Shown piece after piece: positions 31,413 to 44,825 of a stretch of 64,000 nt of DNA (the stretch's first letter is position 1; each line of letters starts with the position of its first letter). The stretch comes from Paramecium tetraurelia. Its lineage: Eukaryota. The DNA lies in NCBI GenBank assembly GCA_000165425.1, contig CT868674.1:124001-188000 (forward strand). Direction: 5' to 3'. The position numbers and the translations under genes were made by a program. The notes below the pieces were generated by a model that was not told the DNA's origin, searched no databases, and was given only the letters and a program-made list of their open reading frames with translations.

Positions 31413-32806
31413 ATGTCTATGATATCTCAAAGTGTTGAGCTCTAAAAAAACAGACCCAAGCAATTAGACATGTCTTCCCTATATAGCGAAGAAAATAAAT
31501 CTTCTCATGTTATCAATCACGTAATTAACTATTATACTCAGTTAGAGAATACATCAAAGATCATTTCACCACTTTATTCTATGTCAAATTCATTGCTCAA
31601 GGAACCTACAAAGTATGAATGTCCGAATCATTAATAAATGAAAGCAATGACTTTGTCCAAATACTTATATGGACATCCTCCTAAGTTGGATAATATAATG
31701 AATATCAATGGATTTGAACCAAAACTGTAATTGGAGATGGTCAAACCAGTTATCGATACAAACATTATATAAACTATTTAAACAATTTCTGAAGAAGATC
31801 TTTAAACGATAAATTTAGATTAAATTAATATACAGCTCACTGAAATTGAATAAACCCTGTAATAAACTGATTTTCATAAAGTATTAGCGACTTTAACTAA
31901 TATTTTTGAAAAATTGTCCGAGTCCATTAATTATAATTTAGAAAACGAATTGCCTTATCAAAAACATATTGTTTATTAACTTAGAATCTCTGTGTTGTTA
32001 TCTAAAATCTACAAATGCATGGGAGATTACAAGAATTCCATAATGTGGTTATAGAGAATTCGAGAAAACTACAGAGTATTTGATCCTAGCTTAGCGGGTA
32101 AGTTGATGCTCGAGTTATCAAAATTATATTTCCTCAATCTCCAAATCAGGGAATCTTAAGGAATCTTGCATGAAGCATTATTGCACTTTGAAAAAATCTA
32201 ATGGAAGGCTGACATTGCAAAAACTCTGCTTCTGTAAGCTCGTATGTGTGCTTGGATGAGTATAATAATTTCGGTATTACTAGACAACTTTGATTTGGCC
32301 ACAAAGTTAGTTTACGGTGCAATTTCACTTCTAAGAGAAGCCTACATTAATGATGACACCAAATTAGACTAAGCCTACTTTATCTTGGCAGAATGTCATT
32401 ATGTATCTAAAAAGTATGATACAGCCAAAGAGTTCTTAGTTAAAGTTATCTAGTTGAATTTGCAAGCTGGAAAATAAGAGGATCATGTTGAATTCCTTGA
32501 AATCTATAATTTATTAGGACTAATTCACGTTTAGATATTTGATCTTAAGACTTCTTACTTTTACTTTTGTCAAGCTTATAAATGCATTAAGTATTAATTG
32601 TAATCTAAATTAAATTTAGCTCCAATAGCATATAAAAAGGACAGATTTTAAACAATATCTCTTTAATTTAAAAATTTTTCGGTTAATTAGAATTAGCAGA
32701 TAGATGCTAAAAGGCAGCAACAGAAATTTATGCTTAATTTTTATAGGAAAATCATTAAATTTTCAAGAGATTACTGCTTAATTCAATTATTGAGTCTTAA
32801 CAATGA
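31413..32806 (+). CDS. TPR-repeat protein
   Basis: TPR-like helices AYFILAECHYVSKKYDTAKEFLVKVIQL and IYNLLGLIHVQIFDLKTSYFYFCQAY, with short introns. Confidence 0.7.
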
Positions 32807-32888
32807 CAATAATTTATTTTTCTAACTTAGTTATTAACAACAAGAGAATTTTCTATTGATAATATATAACTCAGATTTTTAGAATGAA

Positions 32889-34180
32889 TCAATATGTTAA
32901 GAAATGCATGAACTTCTCTTTGTTTTCGAATGTTGTAGTTGTTGGTCTACCTAAATCCTTTCTGACTCCTGGTTTGATCAAGACTTCCATAAGAATGGGA
33001 CCATCATTTCGATTTAACTATAGACAATATAAATTAATTAATATTACTCTCTCCATTCCTTTTGTAATCTCCTCTTTAGTTTACACTTGGAAGGCATCTC
33101 TGTATCCACATCCTAAAGCGATTTGTGTAAAATTCACTGAAGGATTACTTGTGGGTTAAGCACCAACAGAATCATGAGCTTGATTATTGAACAAGACATG
33201 TTTATAATTTGTTGGACCAATACTACCGACTTAAGCCAAAGCACCCAGATGCATCAACATGGCTCCATCACCATCTAGACAATACACTTGTCTACTCTTC
33301 TTGACTTATGCAATTCCAAGAGCAATACTGGATGCATGTCCCATCGATCCAACTGTTAGGAAATCCTATTCTCCAGTTTAATTGAGACGTTGTCTTAGTT
33401 CAAAGAGTTCTCTGCTTAAAAACCCTGTGGTACTAACACACACATCTAAAGGACGAGTATTTTAGATAACTTCAGTTAAGGCTTCTTCTCTAGTTAACTG
33501 ATAGTTATTTTTAGCCGCATTCTGTAATTTGTAATTAGTGAAGCATTACCTTTTAACAAGTAAAGCGTAAGGTCCATTTCTATGATAGAAATATAGAATT
33601 ACCTAGTTTTCATAGAATAGAAGGCTGTATCAAGAACCTCTGCAGCGCCTTCGATATAATCAGGTAATACATCATATTGTATCCCCATTTCAGTAAGAAT
33701 GCCGTTCATTCTCTTGCCTTAGACTAAATGTTATGGCTCATCCTTTTTTCCGGGCTCTCCTCTCCATCCAATTAAATACAACATTGGAATTCCATAGACT
33801 TTGGGATGAGCTAAAGACATATAAGGATTCACAATATTCCCCAAACCACTGTTTTGTAAATACACACAAGGAATCTTTTTAGTTGCCAAATAATATCCTG
33901 CAGCCATGGAGACAGCAGTACCTTCATTTACAGTAATTACATGTTATCCTGGAGGAGCATTGTCCTTATAAATAGATGGGACTCATACTTAGACATAAGC
34001 ACAGAAGTCTTTTAATAAAGAATCAGGAACTCCTGTGTAAAATGAAACTCCATGTTTTGACAATTCTTAGTAAAATTCTGCAGGTTCAAGGAAATCTCTT
34101 TGCAATTCAAGATAAGGTGGTTCAATTGGTTCCCTAGATTTAGCATTAAAAAATCTCCTTGTAAGTTAGCGGCAAAACAT
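32889..34180 (-). CDS. aepY: Phosphonopyruvate decarboxylase (ThDP-dependent; 2-aminoethylphosphonate biosynthesis)
   Basis: [73 protein letters not shown], ThDP motif [10 protein letters not shown]...[13 protein letters not shown]. Two introns. Confidence 0.93.
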
Positions 34181-34200
34181 ATTTTGTAATAATATTTTAA

Positions 34201-36384
34201 TCAAATAAATCTAGTAAATGTTCTGGTGAATCTTCTATCCTTTTTAAAATGCTGGATAATGTATTCTGCATTGTATTTTGGATAGTAATTCTTGTAGGAA
34301 CATTTTGTGTCTATTTCAATAAGAGCTTGCTTCTTCTTTTGTTCTAATCTATTGACAATTTCATTAACAATGTCGAATTCATGATTGATATCTTATTCAC
34401 TGATCTGACTTTGAGTATCATGCATGAAATCCACACTAAATGATTTGCTAAGTTGATCGATTTCCTCCTAATCATAAGCAATGGACAATTCCTATTTCAT
34501 CTATTACTAAGCTTTTTAAATCTTTCTTAAATTTAAATTATCTTAGCGCACATTATTTCTTTTAAATGGTTGTCTCTCCTATTGATTATTCATAATTCGA
34601 CTTATTAAGAATATCTTATTAGGATAATAATGCGACTTTGGACAATCGTTAGCTAAGTGGCTACTTGACTAACAACAAAAGCAACTGAGGTTTATCAAAT
34701 TATACTATCCAAATAAGATTTAATCTCTGAGTTAACAAAAGTATTGAAAATCAAGTGGAAATTATTATAATAACTAAATAAATTCCAATCTATTTAGTTT
34801 ATACAACTAAGAAATAGTTGTACTCTTAGCTGATAAACTTCTTGAATTCCCTGTTAAGAATCCCAATTCTCCAAACATTGAATCTTGCTCTGCTTCATAG
34901 AAAACCATGTCTTAATCTTCAAATTATAGGTACAGTTGAATATGTCCGATACTAACGCAATAAAGGCAATCATCATCATTATTCCCATTTAAACTGCACA
35001 GATTTTATTTGAATACCATCTCCCCATCACAATACATCTATTCACTAATGAGATACGCGATTTTCTTTTGAAAGCTTTTAAATAATCATTGATATTAATA
35101 CTCTAAAGAAAATTAACTAGTCCAAAAGGTTCTTTTGAAAATCAAACCATAAGATTGCATTATTACTTCATCCTTTAATTAAGGTCCCAATTGATTAATT
35201 ATTGAAATCTGTTCATTGAAATCTCGCACTTTCTCACTAAACATAAAGCTAAAGAATCTCCTTACTTTCTATTGTGTTTCCATATCAATCTATCTATATA
35301 AGAATCATATTACATTTTTATCCTTCATAAATCTATTTATGTCAGTCATCTTTTTGTCAAATTGCATGTTGTGATGAGTAATTTCTGAAAAGACATTCTA
35401 AAAAGCACTCACAATCATTGCGAATATGACACATGCAAAGATCATTGTTATTATGGAAACAAATATTTCCAATGGGTTTTTGCCTGTTACATCGCCATAA
35501 CCAACTGTTAACATAGTTGTTAAAGCCCAATAAAATGAATATTCATATTTAACTGCTATTGGTAATGAATATATATCATTTTATAATCCAGATGAAATAA
35601 GCCAAGATCCATAATCTTGTCTTTAATTAACCCAATAATCTCCTGCTGCATAGAACAAACAAGCAAATAAGTTGACTAAAAAGAAGATTGTCAATATTAA
35701 TTTCAGTATCTAATAAAATGCTCTGAGTTTTCTTTGCACTTATAATAACTATTCAACCTATGAATCCACCAAAGTTACATAATAATATTTAAAGTAAAAG
35801 AAATATGGTACCCAGATTAGAAAAGCATAGTGATCTCGAAATGATACTTATAAAATTAATGATACAATGGCTATTATATCGAACAGGAATTCTTAAGTAA
35901 CATACCTTACAAATATGCTATGTTTGTCCAATACCATTTATCCTTTATCGTAGTATCCTGTATTTAGAGTAATGAAGATATCGAAAATCAAAAAAAACAT
36001 CATGATATACAAAAATACAGCAATGTTCTCAATACGCAAATTGTCTGAAATTATCTAATAACTTAATTAACATTTTACTTCATATCCAAAAAACATAAAG
36101 ACAGGTATCAAGTAGAAATAAATTATCACTATGAAACAAATAAATAAACGCCAAGAAAATATTGCCCAATGATCAGGATTAAAAGAGGGAAACGTGTTTA
36201 AATAAGCTTCAATCCCATTCGTATAGCGTAAGAATTTCTTTGTTGTAATTGGGACATCTTCAAGTTATTATACATTTTCATCCTATTGAGTGTAGTTAAA
36301 AGTTTGCATCTGCACATTCTTACTTATTCTCCTGGTTTCAGGTTATTTTTTAGTCAGTAAGGGTTGTTCCAATGATATGAACAT
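34201..36384 (-). CDS. Six-TM K+ channel with C-linker/cyclic-nucleotide-binding homology domain (EAG/CNG-like)
   Basis: Pore YSFYWALTTMLTVGYGDVT, ITLNTGYYDKG, multiple TM segments, and a CNBD-like region with PFGLVNFF. Confidence 0.9.
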
Positions 36385-36464
36385 AAAATAAATAATTAAA
36401 ATTATATGCATTCCCATTTAAATCACTCATTATCAATGAATATTATACAACTAGATAAAATATA

Positions 36465-38919
36465 TCAACAAAAGTATTTTCCTAAAAGCGTTTGTAAGGA
36501 ATCTAATGAAATTGGTTTGGATACTATTTCATGCATTCCACTCTCATGGGCTTTTTCGGCATTCTCTTATCCATTATAAGCTGAACACATTACGATAACG
36601 GTATTTTATCTTTCTTTACGAAGAAGTTCAGAGATCTCTAATTAATTTATGCATCTATACTTCACTACTAACCACAAATCCATTCTTTCCTGGCATTTCA
36701 ATATCCATAAAAATCAATCTATAGGCCCTACAACAAGTATTTTGTAATTTTTGCTTTACTTTTCGAATTGCAGAATCACCGTCATATGCGCTTTCCGCCT
36801 TCCATTCATAAACTTATAATAGAGCAAGCAATGCTATATGGTTAAAAGGTACATCATCTACTATCAGAATCTAAGGACATTTGCATTATTAATTTAAGAA
36901 ATTCTTAGATGAAACATAGACTTTCTATACTGAATCCTTGGAATTAGATTTAATCTCCTCAATATCATGTAATGAATGTCCAACTTCTTAAAATCCTGTT
37001 TTTATCTATTAATCTATAGAGAAACTGACAACGGTATAGAATCCCTTCTAACTCTTAATTTACAATTCCCCATTTCCACTTAAAAATTTAACAATCCCTT
37101 GAGAAACCCTGAGACCTAATCCTAATTTATTAGACCCATTTTATTATAACAGTTGATTTTGCATGTTTAACATCTAATCGCTGCTAATCCCTTCTCCATT
37201 GTCCCAAACAGAAAACACATATTGATTATCCTTTTTTTTGACTGAAAGCACTATTCTACCCCCTTATTTTGTAAATTTGACAGAATTATTTAATAAATTA
37301 ACTAGAATTTATGTTATTCTTAATTTATCACTGCAAATTCTCAAAGTATTATTAAAATTTAAGATCAATTCAATCTACTTTTATTGACACTCTGATTAAA
37401 ATAGTTCTTTTAAATCATTAAATATCTCACTAACATAAAAGTTATCTGAATTTAATTTGAAATCTTGACATTCTATCTAGGCATAATCTAAAATATCATT
37501 AATTTATAGTAATAATCTTTTGCTTGATGTAATAGCAGGTAATAATAAAGTGTTATTGAGATGTTCATCAATCTTTTTGCTTAAAACTTATAATAATGGG
37601 AGAGAGCAATTTAAAGGAGTTCTTAATTCATGGCTAAATGAATTTAGTAAAGCCTATTAAAATTTGTATCTAAAAGTAATTTCTTTGAGTTCTTCTTTGT
37701 TAGTTATGTTTTCTACAACAAACAAATATACTGGATCTTTGGATTTTGCCTAAATTTTAACTTCATAGGCTTTAATTTAATAGTGCTTTTTCTTGGAATT
37801 AATGTCTTAGACTACATGGAACTAAAACATATGGGTAGTTTCAGATGTCCTAGATTGAGTATCTTACCCATTGTTCATTTATTTATGGATATTTTATTAG
37901 AATTCATTCATAACGAATTATACATATTAATATGTGACTTCGTCGTGAATACTGGACTGGAAGGATTCTTTTTTCTTCATATTTACTTTCAAACGATCAG
38001 AGAGCCAATTAGTTTAATTTAAGGTTCTTCCTGAACCAACTTAATATTAGTTTGCAGAACTTTGTTTGAGCTTTCGAAGTGGAACTATGGGTGGTTTGTG
38101 TTTGGCATTGAGATGGGTTTTAAAAGAGTTGAGTTCCGCACTATATATGAATGAGAGTAAGATTTACTTGGATAGAAATTAATCTAAGGAATTCACAATT
38201 TAATCGGTTGATGTCACCATTAAGTAATTTAATAGCTTTTCATTGTGATGTAGGACATGATAATTTTTATCAATTAGTGCCAGCCCATATGGTAGACAGT
38301 TTAGAAGATCTTCATCCAAGGTTACATTAATATTTTTTTCTGGGTGGGGGGATTTCTCATCTAATAAATCTTGTTGAAATTGATCTCCGTAACTCAGATG
38401 AGCATGAGGATTGGCCATTTTTTGTGAAGGAGTGTTGGGAATCATCGGAGTGTTTTCTTGTGATGATTTGTCTAAATATAGGAATGCGTGGTTGAGAGGT
38501 TACCAGAGAACGAGTAAGATGAATTCAAATGTGGCAAATTGTTGGTAAAATTAAATGGTCATTCTAACAAATAAGTATAAGGAGAGCAGATGAGTCAAAA
38601 TTTAATAACATTTATTGTCATTTTTCAATATGTTCTCAATTGCAAGCAAATAAATGAGTAGGAAATAGGTGTTTATGCTGTGTACTTTGTAAAATATTAT
38701 TTCCAATTAAAAAATGATATGAAATTGAACGACTGAGTTAATAATGTCCTCCCTCTATCTTGAATAAATGAGACAGAAAATTACTAAATTCAATATTATT
38801 CCAATTGCATTCACAATCAAAATTATCATATCCTTACTCTCTTGATTTCCAGCTTAAATCAAACTTATTAAATTTTATAACATCAATTAAGTCAGCAATA
38901 GCTTGGTTTTTAATTGCAT
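36465..38919 (-). CDS. Membrane hybrid histidine kinase (TM, PAS-like, HisKA, HATPase, receiver)
   Basis: H-box NSFSHELRTPLN, N-box VNLLNNSVKFT, G1 VWDNGEGIS, G2 LGLGLRVS, and receiver ILIVDDVPFN...IFMDIEMPGKNG...VSKPIS. Confidence 0.92.
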
Positions 38920-39068
38920 TAATATATATATAATTTGGAAAAGAAATTAATTATTTAAATTGAAAGGATTACGAGAACAATGTTAATTTCTAAATCTTCT
39001 CTAATCATTTGTTGATCGTCGTTAAAGAAAATTCAAAAATAAAACTATTATTTTTAATTTTATTTCAA

Positions 39069-40573
39069 ATGAAAAATAATTACTCAAATCTGTTAGAAGA
39101 AAATACATAATTAAAGCAAAACATAGTAGAATTGGAAATGACACTCTAAGAATTGGTTCGCCAAGATTCCCTTATCGAGAAATGGACCGTAATGAAAAAT
39201 TTTGTACTTGTATCTACAGAAGTCGAACGATTGTCTTTGGCCTATGTTGCATTGGAAAAGCAATATTAGTAACTATAGAATTCCAAAGACTCGAATCAAA
39301 ACGAATCTAAAATTAAGATGCTTATAACATAATTGGAAGAGTTGAATTCCATCATGATTTCTCAATAGAAAAGAATTGATGAATTGAATAACAACAATTA
39401 TTTATAACAATAGCTGGTTGATGAGACTAATTAAAAAATAGAAGTCATTCTTGAAATGAATAAGCAATTAAAAAATAACGAATAGAATCTACAATAAGAA
39501 AAATAAAGCCTATAGAATTAATTATAGGAATCTAATAATGAGTTGAACAATGTCATGCATACATTAAAAGAATGCGAAGATATGTTCAAAAGTACATTAA
39601 ACAAATAAGAAACAGTAATAGAAAATTTATCCTCATAAAACACTTTTTTGAATAATGAAGTACTAAAGAAGGATAAGTCCATTGAATAATTAATGAAGAA
39701 AAATAAAGAGTTGATTCAAGATGTAGAAAGAATAGATAAAAAGTATGTAGAATAATCAATATAAATGAAGAAAGTTTCTAAAATGTTTGAATCTCTAGAA
39801 CAAGAATACAAGAATTATCAGTAATAGCAATAAGGTAATCAATCAGAAGTATTAATAATTCAATATCTTAGTTTTACACTCTAACTAAAAGATTGGAGCA
39901 CAAAAACTAAATACTAGTTGAAATTGAGAGCAGATTTGATAAATTAAGCATAGTGGCCAAAACTCAAGAAAATCAACTCAAAGACAATGAACTTAAAATT
40001 AAATAGTTGAGATAATAAATTATGGAATAACAAATGCTCATTGATGAATTGAAAAATGCCAATAAAACAACTAAACACGATGATGAAAATGAAATAAAGG
40101 AACTTAATTTATAAGTTAAGAGACTATAAGAGAAATTAAATGAAGCAAGATATGAATTAGAAAAAGAAAGTACTTAGAGGAACAAGCTCTAATAATAGAA
40201 TGAAGTCAAAGATAAAGAGATTGATAAATAAAATAGTTAATTAGAGCAATTAAAAAATGAACAAAAATCACTATAAAAGGCAGTTTAAGATTTACATCAA
40301 ACTCTTAACATATAAAAGGAATTATACTAGAAGTCTTAAGCTGAATAGAATAGCTTGAAAGAATAGCTCCATGTTCTGTAAGAAAATAATTAGACCCTCG
40401 ATCTATTGAACATAGAAGATTAATGTTTATCTTTAAAGAATGAATGCTAACAATTAAGAAATGAAGCTTAATATTACAAATATCAAAATTATCAATATGT
40501 ATCATAGATAGAAGAATTAAGACAAACAAAGACCTATCTGAGTAATTTGTTGATGGATAGAAAGTATTATTGA
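39069..40573 (+). CDS. Coiled-coil hypothetical protein
   Basis: E/Q/K/L-rich heptad-like frame from MKNNYSNLLEEN to ...MDRKYY-TGA, with short introns. Confidence 0.7.
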
Positions 40574-41229
40574 AATTTATTACTATTAATTATGAATAAA
40601 TTTGTATAATATTATATCTATTAATAAGAAAATGTTTGATTTCCTCATTTTGATATTCTCAAACTATTTAAACTCTATCTTACATTATCAATGATTCATA
40701 TTCCACCTTTCCGTGGTTAATATCAAATTATATTTTTCTAGGAAATATGTGATCAGATCCAAAAAGCTCTGTAAACAAAATGTTATTAATAAAATAATTT
40801 AAGATCAAATATTAATGAATCCAGGACGAAAATATTCTGTAAAACTGTATTTTGAATTTTATATGTATCTATAATATATTTTATTATATCTTTAATTATA
40901 ATGTATATTTAATTTAAATCACACAAGGTTAACTAAATTTATCTTTGAAAAAAATTAAGTTGCCTTTGGAATATTTGGAACATGTTCATGTAATCAAAAA
41001 GGTATTTTAATAGGATTTATACGAAGATAGATATAATAATAAACATAATTAAAACTTATGTATCTAGCAATATTTAATTACTTAGTCTTGATTACTTTAG
41101 TAGTACTGATCAAATAAGTAAATAAAATGATCAAACAATTTAAGTAATAAATTATAAATTCGCTTATGTTAAAATAATATTTTTATATAAAACTAATCAA
41201 TATTATAATAAGGGTAGTTATTCTAATTG

Positions 41230-42120
41230 TCTCCTTTATTAGAATTTGACTTTTTATTATTATGATTGTTTTTTGAATTTCATAAAGATGTTTCAAGAGA
41301 TTTTCAATTTAGACTCATCTCTTGTAATAATAATTTTTGTATGCTCTTCCTTCCATTCCCTTTGAATATTATGCATTTATGTTCTATTTCAAGCTTCTTC
41401 TCGATTGAGCTTTTCGTTCATTTGATAATTCCTCTTCAATTCCTAATCATAAGCCTAATTGAAATCCACTTTAGTCTTGACTAATCTTTTTGCTTGCTCT
41501 GCAAGAATCTTCCTTTCTTATAAACAATCTGATTTTCTACTTTTAAATTCTCATTCCAATTCTGAATGAATATAATGAAATAATTATCATCCTGATGAGA
41601 TTTGCAAGCCTTCATTTCAACCATGGCTTTATTAGAATTCATATACTATTATCTGAGTTTAGTTTCTCTCACTTCAACTGCAATTCTTCATTCTTCTGCA
41701 CTTTTAATTTATTTCTTTTAGCTGATCTTATTTTAGACTTCAATTAGTTGTTCTTCTCTAATCTTCTTCCTCAATTCTTCCTCCTTTTACTATTTCAATA
41801 TCTTTGCTTCTCTCTCCATATTTTTTACTACCACTCTGCTCTTCAATGTACCTTAGTCTCTTATACTTTTTCTAAATTGATGATAAATATTCATCTTTAG
41901 ATTAGACTATTCTTATCTCTTTTCTTCGTCTTCTGCCTTTCTTTCAGCTTTAATAACTTCTAATCTATCTCTTAACTCAGCTTATGACATTTTTTCAATG
42001 AGAATCAGGTGTTAATATCACTTGATTGTATAATTTTATAAGATCGATAGCTTGAGTAATTAGTTACTAATCCCACATTAAATTTAATAATTTTTAAGAA
42101 TATTCATCCCATACATTCAT
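41230..42120 (-). pseudogene. Decayed coiled-coil ciliary-type protein gene (possibly CFAP99-like)
   Basis: Frame ...EEELRKKIREEQLIEVQNKISQKKQIKSAEE-TGA(41688-41690)-RIAVEVRETKLRQQYMNSNKAMVEMK continues as coding-like sequence past the stop. Further TGAs downstream and an intron-like segment lacking GT. Confidence 0.55.
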
Positions 42121-42248
42121 AACTTTTTTCAGTTTGTTGGGAAAATGAATTAAGAACCTTCTAAAATATTATTATTGCAATTCTTTCTCATAGAATATTT
42201 ATAAATTTTTTGAAGTATTTCTAAAATAGCACTTCAATATTTAAATTA

Positions 42249-43877
42249 ATGAGTGAAGAAGTCTGTTATACAGAAATTAAAAACAAGAGCAGCAGTAAGC
42301 ATTTCCCTTTGATTGATCTGACAGAAATCAAACCTTAAGTCAATTTCCTTGAGAGTTTATGTAAATCTATCTTTCTTATTTAATAGTACAGAAAAAGTAT
42401 CAGCTCAATAAAAAAATATAGTAGTATACATTGGGTAAGGTATATCTTGAGTCTCAGAATTAAAAAGCGATATTCAGAGTTTTTCAGGATTCTGATTTGA
42501 ACATCTCTTCGATTTTCTAAAAGAAGCTAAACAGAACAACTGTTGACGATGATGTTATGACTACCAGTTCTTAAATTGCAAATGCGAATAGATAAAATAG
42601 GAAGGACATCATTTTTAGAATTTTTGAAGTAGAGAAACCTCAACGTCCTAAATAGATTCCCTTAGAAGAAATGGAACTTTCCCTCTTTGGGATTACTTAA
42701 GAAAACAATGTATTCTTTACACAACAACTCAAAGTACCCAAAGAGAGTAAATAGTTCCTATCTTAATGAATTGTATAATAATTATAAAAAAATACTAAAT
42801 TGTTGAATGAATAAGTTCTAAGACGAAACAGGCTCCACTCAAAATTAGACCAGGTAATACTACCAATTCTATCTAAAGACAGAGAAAAGCTCTGCAAAAT
42901 CTGATCAATCAACAAAATAAATCAAAAAAAAAACAGCCATTGAGAACTCATATTCTAGTATAGCAATTAAAACCATAGGATTACATGGAAAAGTTGAAGC
43001 TATCCTAACTCAAAAGTTCAAAAATAGAAAAGGATGGAAAAATAGTTAAAAATTCTTTGCTCTAGGATATTGGTAATATTGAGTTAGAAATTCAAAAAAT
43101 GACATACGAGTATAGGACTCCTGTCAATAAAACTTAAATAATAGATTCCAATAATAGCTTATTTAATTAAAAAGCGATTGCATCTTCAACAAATAAGACA
43201 GATGTATCGAAGTCAGATCATAAAATTTTATTAATGAATAGAAATTCAATCTCTAACGATAATATATCGAAATACACTAAGGCAAATCTACTCTCTGAGG
43301 TTTCTTACTTAAAACTAGCAGAATCCATGAGAAATTATTCAAACTAAAAAAAATCTGTTGAAGTCAAAATTACTGACAAACCTAAAACCAAACCTTATAA
43401 TATTCTATCAACAAAATACTAATCAAATATAAATATTAAGAAAAAACAAAATAGTGATACTTAGAATAGTATTAAGTAAAAGTATTATTTAAATATTTTA
43501 GAACATAAAATCCCTAAGTCAACAAGTTATCCTAATAAATATGTTCTGAAAGATATAAGACTATTCAGATTAAATCAATTTTAAAGTAGACTTCTTTGCA
43601 TACATAGGATTTTAATTTTCTTCAAACTAATTTGGCTGCTGATGTAATTTAAATTATTAACCAAAGGTTTCAAAGCAATAAGACAATGATCAACATCAAA
43701 TTTAGGATAACTTTAAGGATGATAACAAATTAGATAAGGCACTTAAAATTTACAATTCTTTGAAGCTTCTAGTTCACAAAGGTTCTTCATTGTAGTCCTA
43801 GATGAAAGAATAAAAGGAACATAAAAATCAAATGGCTTAATGAATTTTACCCTAACTTCATAATATTTCAGTTTGAA
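42249..43877 (+). CDS. Hypothetical low-complexity protein; 3' end and integrity uncertain
   Basis: Starts MSEEVCYTEIKNK with coding-like S/Q/K-rich frames separated by short introns. The final frame could not be resolved. Confidence 0.45.
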
Positions 43878-43954
43878 AAATCTGTATTAAATAATTGTAA
43901 ATATTTATAATGATCCTTATATAATAATTTATTTATAATTTATCGTCCTTAATT

Positions 43955-44774
43955 ATGAGCTTTGAACGTTATCATCCCTCTAAGTCAAATTCTGAACCTG
44001 ATAACAATCATTGCAATCACAATGGAAGCAATCATGTGCGTTTGAAATATGCTCCTATAAAAATTATTTATAACAAAGTAGGAGATTGTGATGAGAAAAG
44101 AAAATATCCTCCATTAAATTTGCGTTTCTAACCAGCTGACGAAATCACAGTAAAATTATTAAATAAAGTAGAATCGGTAAGACCCTACTGTAACTATTCC
44201 TCTAAGTTTTCTATAATAATTAATTCAATAAGCTTATTCAAATAAATAATTGAGAACAATTAACAATCCGTCAATTCGTATTGAAGAAAATAGGAATGAC
44301 GCAGTGGAAGAGTTAATAAAATAAATTGAAATCTAATAAAAGGGGATTTATCCAATTGATGGTATTATAATATTATTATATTTTATAACAGAGGAAAAAA
44401 AGGTTTAGAACATGCTTTTATAAAACCATATGAATTTTATGCTTGAAAATGATGAGGCAAAAGAAATGATTGATAATTTCTTTTAAGATAACTTAAACTT
44501 AAAACCACATTTTTGGACTTGGCTAAAATAATTAGAAATTAAAGCCATCTAAGACATGTATATTCTTTGTCATTTTGATCCGAAGGGCTAATAATGTCAA
44601 GATATGTTCAAATTTTTATTCTAAAAACTCTCTCTAGAATTTTATTCAAAACATGCTTACGCTTAAATATTGCGAAGTGAACTATCAGAGAAATTAAAAT
44701 ATTTATCCTAAATTGGAGAAATTTTTAATAAAATTGCTAAGCCATAAGAGTTTTATTATTTTAAATCAAGATGA
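43955..44774 (+). CDS. Hypothetical protein
   Basis: MSFERYHPSK..., last exon ...FYSKHAYAQILRSELSEKLKYLSQIGEIFNKIAKPQEFYYFKSR-TGA. Confidence 0.65.
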
Positions 44775-44825
44775 TATGAAACTGAGCTTAAATTGTTTTT
44801 CTGTATATTAGTTAATAAAATAATA

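Noticed and set aside
30005..34180. Possible bacterial contamination or operon-like metabolic cluster (SQOR, Ppd)
   Set aside because: Both genes have ciliate introns and TAA/TAG Gln codons, are on opposite strands and are separated by a TPR gene. No other pathway genes are nearby.
41688..41690. In-frame TGA as selenocysteine or programmed readthrough
   Set aside because: The context is coiled coil rather than a redox motif, additional lesions are nearby, and no SECIS was recognised.
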